NCBI GenBank assembly: GCA_028826165.1
Contig: JAPDFW010000026.1
Coordinates: forward strand, 1 to 64,000
DNA length: 64,000 nucleotides
Direction of reading: 5' to 3'
Source: Anaeramoeba ignava BMAN
Taxonomy: Eukaryota; Protista; Anaeramoebae
Under the pieces are notes generated by a model that worked only from the letters and a program-made list of their open reading frames with translations, was not told where the DNA came from and did no database searches. Shown here in pieces: positions 13,473 through 26,163 of this stretch; positions within the stretch are counted from its first letter, which is position 1; each line of letters opens with the position of its first letter. A program made the translations under genes and the position numbers.

Positions 13473-16400
13473 TTAAAAATTGAAAGAATTGAAAAGATGA
13501 TAATTTGAAATTTCTGTTTTGACTTCTTGATAATAAGTAGAACCATTGCCGAAATGAGAATTGAAAAACTCCAAATCATTTGTTTTTCTTAATTTCATAT
13601 CAGATTCAATTTTCAAAGCTTTTGATTTCCATTTTTCATTTATATCAGTGATATATTTTTGTATTGAAGAAGCTCTTTTTGAAGCTTTTTCAAGATAATG
13701 TTTCAATTTCTTTGTATTTTTCTGTTGAATTTTTTCTGAAGTTTTCTGCATGTTCTGTTGAACGGATTGGAGAAGTTTGTTTAATCTGGTTTGGATAGAA
13801 TCTTTGATAGATTTTGCACGTTCACTAAAGTACCATTGGAAGAATTTGAAAGCGATGAGTTTATTTTGGCGATCGTGATCGTCTTCGAAATTTGAAAAAA
13901 GAGAATCGATATTTTGCTTTTCATTTTCAGTTGGATTTTGATTTGAATTTTCAGTTTGATTTTCAATTTGATTTGGATTGGCAAAAAGATGGTCCATAAA
14001 TTCGGTGCTATCTTGAACAATTTTGGAGATTGCCTTCTTATTTTCTTCGAGTCTTCCAAAGGCATTTTGTAAAATGGAGATGATTTCAATTCTTGTTGTT
14101 GTATTGAAAGAGTCGTTATGGATCAAAGCGAGCAAGTAAAGGATACCGTTTGAGTCTCTGAACTTTGAAGATTCAGCAACAATCTCGAAATCGAAGTGGT
14201 TGAGAACTGAGAGGATGGTTTGTTCTGAAGAATGTTCTTTGAGCGTATTTATGAGGAGGATATTGAGAACGATATTATCGCGCATTTCAAACAAACCTGC
14301 ATTTTTCATGGAGGTGCGCACTTGGGTATCGTTTTCTCGGACGAGGAGGTTAATGAATTGTAATGAGTGGAGGTATATTGTTGGAGTGTAGATGTCTAAC
14401 GTTTCATCGAAAAACTTTTTCAGACCCACAAAGTTGCGCAGAAGATAGTCGCATGTTTCACCGCCTGGAAGCCGAGGGTTTTTGGAAAAGTATTGTAGAA
14501 TCAATCCGAGAATTTCAGAGTCGAAATTTTTTGCGGATTGGAGTTTCTGAAACTTAGTGAGTCGTGTGGGTTTTTTGGAGAGTTCGAAAATTATGAGTTT
14601 TTGCAAAACGGATCGGATTTTGTTCATCAATTTGATAATTCTTTTTTTACGTTTTTCGAAAAATTTCTTTTTGTTTGAGGATTCGTTATCGATGGTGTTT
14701 GCTTGTGTGTTTTCTGTGAGGATTGCTTTCTGTGAATCTGCAATGTGAATTTCAAGCTGCAATCTGATGTTCTGCAGAAAGTTCCACAACCACTCCAAAA
14801 TACCTGCATCCCATAGAAGTTGTGCGTTTTCTGGGTTCAGAAGTTTTTCGAAGTCGAGAAGAAATTGGTACCGGAGCTCGTACATGTCGTTGATGTGATC
14901 GAAATCGGATTCAGAATCTGATTCTGTTTGTGTTTCCTTTTCGCTCTTTTGTTCGTAGTCGCTTTCTTGGCGCATAAAGAAAAGTTCCACATTTCGCGCC
15001 ATTTTTGGTTTTTCTTGCGAGATGTTTAATTCTGTTTTTGATTTTGATTTTGTACTTTTTTCAAATTCAATTTCATTTTTGGTCATTTCGTTTTTATTTT
15101 CGTTTTTAATTTCGTTTGTGTCTTCCTCTTTTTGTAATTGAATATCTGTTCTATTATGTTCTCTGACATGAAGCATATCGAAAAGGATGCGAATCACATC
15201 GACATGCACAATTCTCGGCGAAATCTTGCGTTTCGGGAAAACACGAAGACCATCTTTGCGTTGAGTTGAATCATCCTTTTGAGCAGAGGGTGTTTTCTGG
15301 TTGGGTGTCTTACCCTTCTTCTCTTGGCATGCAAATGATCCAATTGCAAGATTAAGAAGAACATCAAGTGTTTTTGCTGTTATTCTGAAACTTGTGAGTG
15401 TGGATGCAACCGATTCGAAACCGAGCATGCGAGCAAAGGAGTCTCTATTACGACGAGAAATATCGAACATCAATCCAATCATTTTGACAGCTAAAATCCT
15501 GATGTTTTCTTCTGTTGATTTCAGAAGAATGAAAAGAACTTGGAATCCGCCAATAGTTTTTAAATGATGAACCAATCGAGCATTTTTCTGCATTTCTTGG
15601 AAAATGATATTCAGGATATCCGATTTCACTCGATGGTGCGAGTCGGGTTCTGCGCAGAGAAACATGAAAAGAGTCTCAAAGGCCTTCTCGTTTGATGTTG
15701 ATATTAATTTGGATAAAATTGCAAGTAAAATATGGCGATGTTTGGCAGATAATGCAATTAAGAGATTAATAATCCCAAACAATCCTGGTCCGCCTTCTCC
15801 CATCCACACCTGTAGATTTGTGGCTGAATTCAGAATCATATTGCTGAGCATCTTCAGAGACATTTTAGTCACATTATCATCATTGAAGGTGCAAATCAAG
15901 TTTATAATGCAAAACAAGCAATCCACTCTTTTGAACATTTTAATATTATTCTGTCTAACACCATCAGAGCAAATATCGAATAATATCCGAATAATCTCAA
16001 TCGAGGGTTTGTTTTTACTCAGCAAATGATAAAGAATTGCATATCCGTTGCATTTGTGGAATTCTTCTAAATTTCGTTTCGATTTTTCAAGAAGAACTGA
16101 TAGTATTTGGAGTGCGTTGATTTGATATTGTTCACCAAATTCAAGAAGAGGGAAACATATTTTGATTCCGCCAATTTGAGGAATAATTTCCTTGAGTGAG
16201 AAGGTGGAGAAAGCGGTTACACCACCAACAAGTTCAGCGACGAAGTTTGCATCTGGAGGAAGGAGATTTGCAAAACTGAAGTTATTTTGATTTAAATTTT
16301 GATTTTGATTTGAATTTTGATTTTGATTTGAATTTGAATTTGAATTTATGCTGCTATTATCAATATCAATGTTCACATCAACATCAAGCTTCGTTTCAAT

Positions 16401-19400
16401 AATATTCTCGTTCGTGTTTGTGATTGCTGTGCTCATCTTCATTGCTATTGTTTCCATCTTCATTTCTTCAATATTCAATGCTTCAGGTGATTGTATTCCT
16501 CCTTGTGAATGTGCTAATTGAAATATGCTCTTTCGATATCCCGAAGATAAAGGATTTCCAAAAATATTACTTATTCGAGAATTGTTTGTCAAAAACAAAT
16601 TCTGGATTTGTGTTGAATTATCATTAGATTGAGGTTCTTTTTCCTTGTCTTTGATTTCTTTAATTTCTTTTGTTTCCTTCTCCTTATCTTTGGTTTCTTT
16701 TTCTTTAGTATCTTTGCTTTCTTTTGTTTCCTTCTCTTTATCTTTACTTTCTTTTTCTTTAGTATCTTTGGTTTCTTTTGTTGTTGTTGTTGTTATTTGA
16801 GGTGTTTGTTGGCTGCGCAAGTTTTCAACATCAATATTAGTAACACCAAATTGAAGTTCAAGTGAAAGTTCCTTTTCCATTCTTGATTCTTTATTTTGAT
16901 TTTCTTTTACATTTTTCAAATTGGAATCCTGGTCTTTTTCCTGTTCTTCTTTCGGGATTTTCAAGGTTTGGTCTTGTTCTTTTTCTTGGTATTCTTTGAT
17001 CGGTTCAATTTCTTTTTTTGGATCTTCAATAAGATTAAGTGTATTTTTCTCCTGATTTTGATTTTCGTCTTTTTGATTTTCATCTTTTAAATTTTTCTCT
17101 TTTAAATTTTCATCTTTTAAATTTTCATCTTTTTGATTTTCATCTTTTAGATTTTTTTCTTTTAAATTTTCATCTTTTAAATTTTCATCTTTGATATTTT
17201 CATTTGTTTGCGGTTCTTCGTTTATAACTTGAGGGGGAATTGGAACGGCTTCTGTAACAAGATTTTCGATACTCTTTTCTCTTTTGAGTTTTGGATAATT
17301 TTTTGATAGTTTGGAAAATTCAGTTGGAGAAATAACACAAAATTCACGATTTTCAATTCCAATATCCTTGTATTTTTGGTCGAAATCCATACCGCACCAA
17401 AAAAGCTTTTCGCATTGTGCTTTATCAAGAGCATTTTCGCAGAAACGAATTGTGCCCATTTCACCGTTGAAGAAGTGGTGTGAATAAACAAAGATTTTTT
17501 GCTTATCATTTTCACCATCTGTTGTTGAGATGAGATATTCATCTTCTGAGTTGTGTTCTTGATCGATCGAGTTGATTTTAGGTTGGTCTTGTTTATCTTG
17601 TTTTTCTTGTTGTGAATATTTGAATTCCAGCATTGAACCAACAGACGCAAATAAAGGTTTATCTTTTGAGACGGTTTTGAAATAGTTGAAATCGGGACAT
17701 CCACCAATTTCTTTTCCGTTGATATAAAGAGTAACTACGTTTCTTTTATGAGAAAAAACAAGATGATAAAACCGTTTTGTTGGTGAAAAAATAAACTGGT
17801 CAAACATGTGAGCTCTTGTTGTATTTTTAAGCCCAGTAGCATGCACAGATAAACAGTATTGTTTTGTTCCTGTGTCATTATCTGCCACTCTTTGGAAAAA
17901 AAGTTGGAAAATATTGCGCCAATTATCATCGTGGAAATATAGAACTCCGTAACGGTTTTTTTGGAAGTTGCTTAATCTTACCCAACATTGGAAAGTGTAT
18001 CCTGTTTTGAGATTGGGGAACTTGTCGAATGGTTTGAGTTTCAGGTAACTCTTGATTCCGTTGAATGCGAAATATGTTTTCGGTGTTAAACGTTCTGCTG
18101 CAAATTTGATTGTCGATAAACAATTCATCCCGATTTTCTCACCTATGCCATTTGCCAATCCAAGATCTATTGTTTTCTCATTTTCTATTTTTGTTTCCGA
18201 GTTTAAATTGTCGCTGGTTTTTTCCTTTTCCGCATTTCCACTTGTTTTTGTTTTTGCATTTGGATCTGGAACTTGTGAATTTAGATTTGAATTTGAATTT
18301 GAATTTGAATTTTGGATCATTTTGGGTAAATTGGAAAAAATTGAGAAATATTTCTTGTTGGAGTAATACAAATAACGGAAAAGCATTAAAGCCTCACTTG
18401 AGCGCAAATGGAAAGATCCCAAAATCGAAAGCAAGATGAACCAGAATTTCATCATTTGAGGTTCTTGTTTTGCGCGGAAAAGCAGATAGAAAATACCACC
18501 ATTTTTGGAAAAAAGATGTTGATTTTCTGGGTTTTTCTCGATTACAAAAAGAAGGAAATCCATGATTTGGCGCCATTTTTCGGTGTCATTTGAATGAATA
18601 GGAAGAACTTCGAAAAGCATATAAATTGCATCTGAATTGAGGAAAGTAAGCTTACGAGTTTTGTGGTAAGATTTAAGATAGTGGATTGTCAGATGAATCA
18701 AGCTGTTGTGAGTTTCAATGCGTTTTTCCATTTGAACGAGTGGATTTATTGATACATTTGTTGTTGGTGCTGATAGTTTGTTCAGTTCTGTTTCAATACT
18801 ACTATTTTTGGAAAAATTACTGGAATTGCTTTCAGGATCAGAACTCAAGTTTACTGAATAAGGTTTGTTTGATTCGTTGAAGCTGTATGTACTTATGTCT
18901 GTTGTGGAATCTTGAAAATTATTGCTGTTGTTATCGTTATTGATATTCTTACCCAAATTATTATTGTTACTATTAGCATTAATATTATTATTAATATTAT
19001 TATTCATCATTTTGTTCAGTTTGCTAATTGATTGTTTAGTGAAAATGGATTGATCTTCGTTCAAATCAGAGTGTGGATGAGATGAATTAGATTTAGATTT
19101 AGATTTGTTTTTGTTTTTGTTTTTATTTTTATTTTTTGGAAGTGTATCTAAAGAAAGATTTGCTTTGCGAGAAAATTGCTCAATTTTTTCATTTGAAAGA
19201 AAACGTGAGTCACGTATGTCGCTATTGAAAGATCTTATTGCTGAAATGGAAGATGAACGGCGATGAATTGATCTTAAATCAACTACATCTTTTATTCCTC
19301 CATCACTGAAAAGATAATTGTCATCATCATCGTCATCATCTTTTTCATCTCCAAATCCGTATTCCTGATCGAAAGAATCATATCTTCTCATTGTTCTGTT

Positions 19401-22400
19401 GATTTTCACAAATTGTGTATCTTGATCAATTTGTTTTATGCTGTGATTTTCTTGTTTGCCTGATTTACGTTCGTTTCCAATTGTTGCGCTTGAGCTTCTG
19501 CGATGTGCTTTGATTGTGTTATCAGTTTTCAATTTGCGTGTACAAATCATGGATGATTTGAACAATGCTTTGGTTTTCAAAATTCTTTGAATTATGTTGA
19601 TTAATTCAGGATCTTCGAAATTACTGAATGGAAATGTATCATCGTTAAAATTTTTGGAAATTTTTGGGATTTGTTTTTTGGAATTTTTCTTCAAATTTAA
19701 GCTTTTTGTTAAATTATTTGTTTCTTTGGAATTTGAATTTGAATTTGAATTTGAATTTAGATTTGAATTTAGATTTAGATTTTGCTCCTCGTTTTTTTGT
19801 TCAGATAAATTGAAAAATTTTTTCTGTTTGTAATAAATCTCGAGAAATGTTCCTTTCATAGAAAGTTCAAACAAGATGAGAAAAATTTCAGAATCGATTG
19901 GAACTTTTGATTTTCGGATGATTTCATAGATGCGGAAATAACCAACGTTATTTTTAATGTACATTTTGTTATGGAGACAATCTTCAATCATGGATCCCAA
20001 AGTAAGTATGCATTCTCTTGAGAGTTGGATATCATTTGGGTTGATTGATTCAAGAAGAACAAGAAGACCTCCTGATTCTCTGAATCTTGTTTTTGTGATT
20101 GAGTTGTCTTGATGGCGACTTCGTGGGTTTCGTAGTGAAGCTCTTAAAGATTCGAGAATGGTAATTTTAGTTGGTTGAGAAATTGATTTACTTTTAAATA
20201 AGTGAATGAGATATGAAAATACATCTAAATTTTGGAGATCATTTGATGCGAGTTCTTGCATAATCCAAAGAATCAAGTGAGTTATTTTCAAATTGGCATC
20301 TTGTGTTATTGTGAGTAAACGGATGAGGATTTTCAATCCGTTTGATTTTTGGAATATTGCAATGTTTGTGTTGAGATCTTTGCATAGTAAAAGACCAGTG
20401 AGTTCAAGCAGAGATAGAGTTGTCTCGTAAATTTTTTCTAATGGTTTTTGATTTTGATTTTGATTTTGGTTTTGAATTTGAGATGAATATTCTGATAAAA
20501 TCCCGCAAAAGGAAGCAATAAATTGAGTCTCTGTTTTGGATTGATAATCAACTTTTCTTGTAATATAATCCGAGAAAATGATTTGAAGTGATTCAAGAAT
20601 AATTAGTTGAATTTCTATGAGTTGTAATTTGTTTTGAGATTCAATTTTGATGAATAATTCTATATATTTCGATGGAATAAATGCTGGTTTATAAGAGCTA
20701 TAAAGGAAGGACATTGTGTTAATAAGATGGAATAAGGAATTGATGAATTCTGTTGAATCTTTTGCCTTTATATTTTTTTATATAAATAAATATTTTTTTT
20801 TTGTAAATAAAATTTTTTTGTTTTAGATAAATAAATTTTACAATATTATAATCCTCTGCAATCGCTAATAATTTGTCTACACCATGAATTTCTATCAAAG
20901 GAACAACATTTAAAGGTCTAATCGCCAAAATATCATGAAAACAACGAATTGCTTCTTTTCTAACATCAAGATGCTTTGAACTTTTCATAACAAGAAAAAG
21001 AAAACGAAGTGCATTTGGATTTCCAATCTTATCTTCACTATGACCATCAATAATAATTTCATAAATGATATCGAAGCAGTGTTTAATGAAAGTGATTCTT
21101 TCTTTGCTTTTCATTTCGGCAACTCTATCAAACATTTCAGACAGAATTTTGTATCCTTTGAGTTTTTTAAACACTAATTGTATTTGTGGATTTTGATGAA
21201 GTAATTGTCTGATTGTTTGTATAAGACTCAATCTAAGTTCAGTTTCTGCATCTTTGAGTGTATTTATCAATCTTTTAAGAGCTCCTTGAATAGAAACAAA
21301 TTGTTTCATGACTTCTTCTTCTTTTGATTCTAAATTTTGGTTCTCAATTTGATTTTGATTTTGATTTTCATTTAAATTTTGATTTTCCATATTGCTTTCT
21401 AAAAATGATAATTCTTCCTCTTCAATTAATTGTGCATTTGGTGGGAATTCTAGAATTAGATCTTCATCTGAAATTTCTTGTTCAGAATTTCCTGTTGGTA
21501 AAAGTTTTTGTAATTCAGATAGAAGATAACCTCCAAAACTGCTCATGACTCTGGAAAGTTTTTCTGTTAGACTTGGGCTTCGTATTAGTGTTGGTTCATC
21601 TTTTGAATTTGAATTTTGATTTAAATTTTGATTTAAATTTTGATTTGAATTTTGATTTGTATTTTGATTTAAATTTTGATTTGAATTTTGATTTAAATTT
21701 TGATTTGAATTTTGATTTGTATTTTGATTTGAATTTTGATTTGTATTTTGATTTGAATTTTGATTTGAATTTTGATTTGTATTTTGATTTGAATTTTGAT
21801 TTAAATTTTGATTTGAATTTTGATTTGAATTTTGATTTGTATTTTCATTTTGATTTTGTTTTGCGGATTTTTGGAGCTTTGTGTTTGTTGCAAGAAGAAA
21901 TTGAGAAAGAGTTTGGAAAACTTCTTTTGTTAATTCTTTGTCTTTTTCAAGTAAATCTGATATTTTTTTGAATCCTTGCAATCTTCCAATTTCCAAAGTG
22001 TTTTCCAAGTTTCCTCCAACACTCCCTAATATTCTAACTGCTAATTTTTTTGTTTCAGGACTTGTTAATGTATCTAAAAGTCCTAGAATTCTTGTAAGTA
22101 ATTCTGGTGTTGAACGAATTGTTTCTAAATATTTTTCATCATGAAGAATTAATTCAGCAACACTAAGTGCTTTATTTATTAAATCTTTTGTAACTGTTGT
22201 AAGAGAATTAGATTCGATTTGGTTTGCTAATAGTTTCGCATTTCTAAAAGGAATAAATTATTAATTTTAATTTTAAATTTTAAATTTAATTTTAATTTAA
22301 ATTTTAATTTTAATTTTAATTTTAATTTTAATTTTAATTTTAATTTTAATTTTAATTTTAATTTTAATTTTAATTTTAATTTTAATTTTAATTTTAATTT

Positions 22401-24590
22401 TAATTTTAAATTTATAAATGAATTTTAATTTTAAATTTAAATTTAATTTTAATTTTAATTTTAATTTTAATTTTAATTTTAATTTTAAATTTTTAATTTT
22501 TAATTTTTAATTTTTATTTTAAATTTAAATTTTAATTTTTAATTTTAATTTTAATTTTAATTTTAATTTTAATTTTTAATATTAATTTTAATTTTAATTT
22601 TAATTTTAATTTTTAATATTAATTTTAATTACCGATCAACAACTAAAATGATTTCTTTTAAAATATCTGTACAATCTCCTATTAGAGAATCTAAAGATCT
22701 ATCTTTGGCTTTTTTAGCCCATTCTGTATAAGATTGTTGAAATGAATCAAGAAATGCTGTTAATTTTTGTATTGCTTCTTCTAAATGTCTTTTTTTATCA
22801 AAATTTAAAATTTATTATTAAAATTATTATTAAATTTATTATTAAATTTATTATTAAAATTATTATTAAATTTATTATTAAATTTATTATTAAAATTATT
22901 ATTAAAATTATTATTAAATTTATTATTAAAATTATTATTAAATTTATTATTAAATTTATTATTAAATTTATTATTAAAATTATTATTAAAATTATTATTA
23001 AATTTATTATTAAATTTATTATTAAATTTATTATTAAATTTATTATTAAAATTATTATTAAAATTATTATTATTAAATTTATTATTATTATTAAAAATTA
23101 TTATTAAAATTATTATTAAATTTATTAATTAAAATTATTATTAAATTTATTAAATAAATTTATTATTAAAATTATTATTAAAAATTATTTATTATTAAAA
23201 TTATTATTAAAATTATTATTATATTTATTATTAAATTTATTATTTATTATTAAATTTATTATTAAATTTATTATTAAATTTATTATTAAATTTATTATTA
23301 AATTTATTATTAAATATTTTATTATTAAATTTATTATTTAAAATTTATTATTATTTATTATTAAAATTTTATTATTAAAATTTATTATTAAAATTTATTA
23401 TTATTAAATTTATTATTAAAATTATTATTAAATTTATTATTAAATTTTTATTATTAAATTTATTATTAAAAATTTTAATTATTAAGAATTTATTATTAAA
23501 TTTATTATTTAAAATTATTATTAAAATTTATTATTAAATTTATTATTAAATTTATTATTAAATTTATTATTAAATTTATTATTAAAAAATTAAATTTTAT
23601 TATTAAAATTATTATTAAAAATTATTATTATTAAAAAATTATTATTAAATTTATTATTAAAATTATTATTAAAATTATTATTAAAATTATTATTAAATTT
23701 ATTAAAAATTTATTATTAAAATTATTATTAAAATTATTATTATTAAAATTATTATTATTAAAATTTATTATTAAAATTTATTATTATTTATTAAAATTTA
23801 TTATTAAAATTATTATTATATTTATTATTAAATTTATTATTAAAATTATTATTAAAATTATTATTAAAATTATTATTAAATTTATTATTAAATTTATTAT
23901 TAAATTTATTATTAAAATTTATTATTATTAAAATTATTATTAAAATTTATTTTATTATTAAAATTATTATTAAAATTATTATTAAATTTATTATTAAAAA
24001 TTATTATTAAAATTATTATTAAATTTATTATTATTATTATTAAATTTATTATTAAATTTATTATTAAATTTATTATTAAAATTATTATTAAAATTATTAA
24101 ATTTATTAATTTATTATTAAATTTATTATTAAATTGATTATTATTAAATTTATTATTAAATTTATTATTAAATTTATTATTAAAATTATTATTAAAATTA
24201 TTATTAAAATTATTATTAAAATTATTATTAAATTTATTATTTAAATTTATTATTAAATTTATTATTAAAATTATTATTATATTTATTATTAAATTTATTA
24301 TTAAAATTATTATTAAATTTATTATTAAATTTATTATTAAAATGATTGATTTGATTGTAAAAGGAAAGAAAAAAAATTTTTTTTTTAAATTTTTCTTTTT
24401 ATGTTATTTTTTTTTTTAATTATTTTTTCGATCAAATTTTATTTCGAAAATCACTTTTTAATTGATTTATTTTTCTTTCAAAAAATTGATTAATTTACCC
24501 TTGTTTAGATAATTTTAAATATTCTTCCCAAAGTTTACGAAGTTTTTTATAATTACTTCTTAAAGTTAATTTTGCTTTAATAGATTGCAT
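13473..24590 (-). CDS. Neurobeachin/BEACH-family-like protein (~2980 aa): ARM + ConA/LamG + DUF4704-like, no PH-BEACH-WD40
   Basis: Exons 24590-24499, 22788-22633, 22243-20842 and 20765-13473 total 8943 nt in frame. Motifs GYTFQCWVRL, FYHLVFSH..VTLYING, FFNGEMG, IGGIKICFPLLE and NGYAILYHLL are typical of neurobeachin N-terminal halves. Confidence 0.8.
22805..24340. repeat. Intronic 12-bp microsatellite (ATTATTAAA(T/A)TT)n
   Basis: Fills most of intron 1 (22789-24498) of the neurobeachin-like gene. Confidence 0.9.
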
Positions 24591-24944
24591 TTATTTTTAT
24601 ATTTAATTATATTTAATTATATTTCTGTATTTTTATTTATTTTAAAAAGAAATTAAAACAAAAATTAAATTTAAAAGAAAAAAAAAAGAAAAATGAAAAA
24701 AAAATTTTTTAATTTAAATTTTTTTCTTCTTTTTTCTTTTTTTCCTTTTTTTTTTGATCATTTTCCTTTCTTTTTTTTAAAATAAAATTAATTAATAAAG
24801 ATTTTATTTTTTAATTTTAAAAATTAAATTTTGAAAAAGAAAAATAAATTAATTTCAATTCACTTCTTCAATTTTTAACGAATTAAATTTTTTTCTATTT
24901 TTTTTATAAATTTGATCAAAAATAAAAATAATTCACAATTTCTT

Positions 24945-25097
24945 CCAAATTAAATTTATTAAAGATTTTTAAATTAAATTTATTAAAGATTTTTAATCAA
25001 TTTTATTAAAGATTTTTAAATTAAATTTATTAAAGATTTTTAAATCAATTTTATTAAAGATTTTTAAATTAAATTTATTAAAGATTTTTAATCAATT
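24945..25097. repeat. Short ~24-bp tandem repeat (aaattaaatttattaaagattttt)
   Basis: About 6 copies, just downstream of the 25124-25960 gene. Confidence 0.7.
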
Positions 25098-25123
25098 TTT
25101 CTTTTGAAAATTTTTCTTAATTT

Positions 25124-25960
25124 TTAATCAATTTTTTGCTTTTTTTCTTTTAAATCATTTTCAACTAAAAAACAAAAATGAACGTTTTCCAATTCTTGTG
25201 AAAAAGAAAAAAGATAACTAAAAATAGCACCAAGACTAATAAATTGAAGTTCAGCCATCAAAATAGAAACAGAACCAAAAGAAACACCAAGAAAAATTGA
25301 ATGATCTTTAAAGGGATTAGCAGAAATTGAAATAAAAAGATAAAGTGTGGAAAAAAGTCCAATTGAATGAAAAATCAAACAAATAATTCGAATTGAAAAA
25401 ACAAAAACATATTTCTTCAAAGATCCAGAAAAAATCATTGAGAAAATCACAAGAATCATATTTACCATTGTGCCAATCCAAAAAAAATTTGCTGAAATAA
25501 AATGTAGTTTTGTTTTATATTCAAAATTTGAAGGAAGTTTTGCTGGATTTTCTTGAATATCGACAAAATCTTTTTGCAAAGGAAAAATAGCTTGAAAAAT
25601 GACTCCAAATCCTGAAATTATTCCTGAAAATAAAATCAAAATGGAAATAAAACTTGGTAAATTTTTTGATGAGAATTTTGACTTATAAAGAATGATAAAA
25701 ATCAATATGAAAAATGATCCAATAATCGGAAATGAAAATAAAGAAATATATGATTCTGGTTCTTGATTTTCTGTTAATGAAACTGCTGAAATTATTGTTG
25801 AAAAATGTCCTTGATATTTAGCCACAATTTGACAAGTAAGTGTTGTAATGAAACTAAATAAAACAAAAATTTTTAATAGAAAACTAACTGAAAAGTTTAA
25901 AAATGTTTTTTGATTTTTTTGATTTTGATTTGATTTTAGGAATTTTTTAACTTTATTCAT
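25124..25960 (-). CDS. Frag1/DRAM/Sfk1-family (TMEM150-like) multi-pass membrane protein
   Basis: 278-aa intronless ORF with ~6 TM segments, an IS....PE motif after TM1 (TIISAV..EPESYI) and LHFISA..FF. Confidence 0.6.
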   Translation of the reverse strand: MNKVKKFLKSNQNQKNQKTFLNFSVSFLLKIFVLFSFITTLTCQIVAKYQGHFSTIISAVSLTENQEPESYISLFSFPIIGSFFILIFIILYKSKFSSKNLPSFISILILFSGIISGFGVIFQAIFPLQKDFVDIQENPAKLPSNFEYKTKLHFISANFFWIGTMVNMILVIFSMIFSGSLKKYVFVFSIRIICLIFHSIGLFSTLYLFISISANPFKDHSIFLGVSFGSVSILMAELQFISLGAIFSYLFSFSQELENVHFCFLVENDLKEKKQKID

Positions 25961-26163
25961 TTTAAAAATGAAAAGAAAAAAATGAAATGAAATGAACTGA
26001 ACTTTTTTATTTTGATTTTGATTTTGATTTTGATTTTGATTTTGATTTTGATTTTGTTATGAAAGAATCCCAAATCAAGTTAATTTAAAAAAAAAATTGA
26101 AAAAAAAAAAGAAAGAAGAAAGAAGAAAGAGAAAGAAATTTTGAAAAAGAAAATGATGAAAAA

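Noticed and set aside
13473-20714. Alternative genetic code or intein insertion
   Set aside because: Multi-kb ORFs are open in the standard code and end in TAA/TGA. No Hint or LAGLIDADG motifs were recognised in any protein here.
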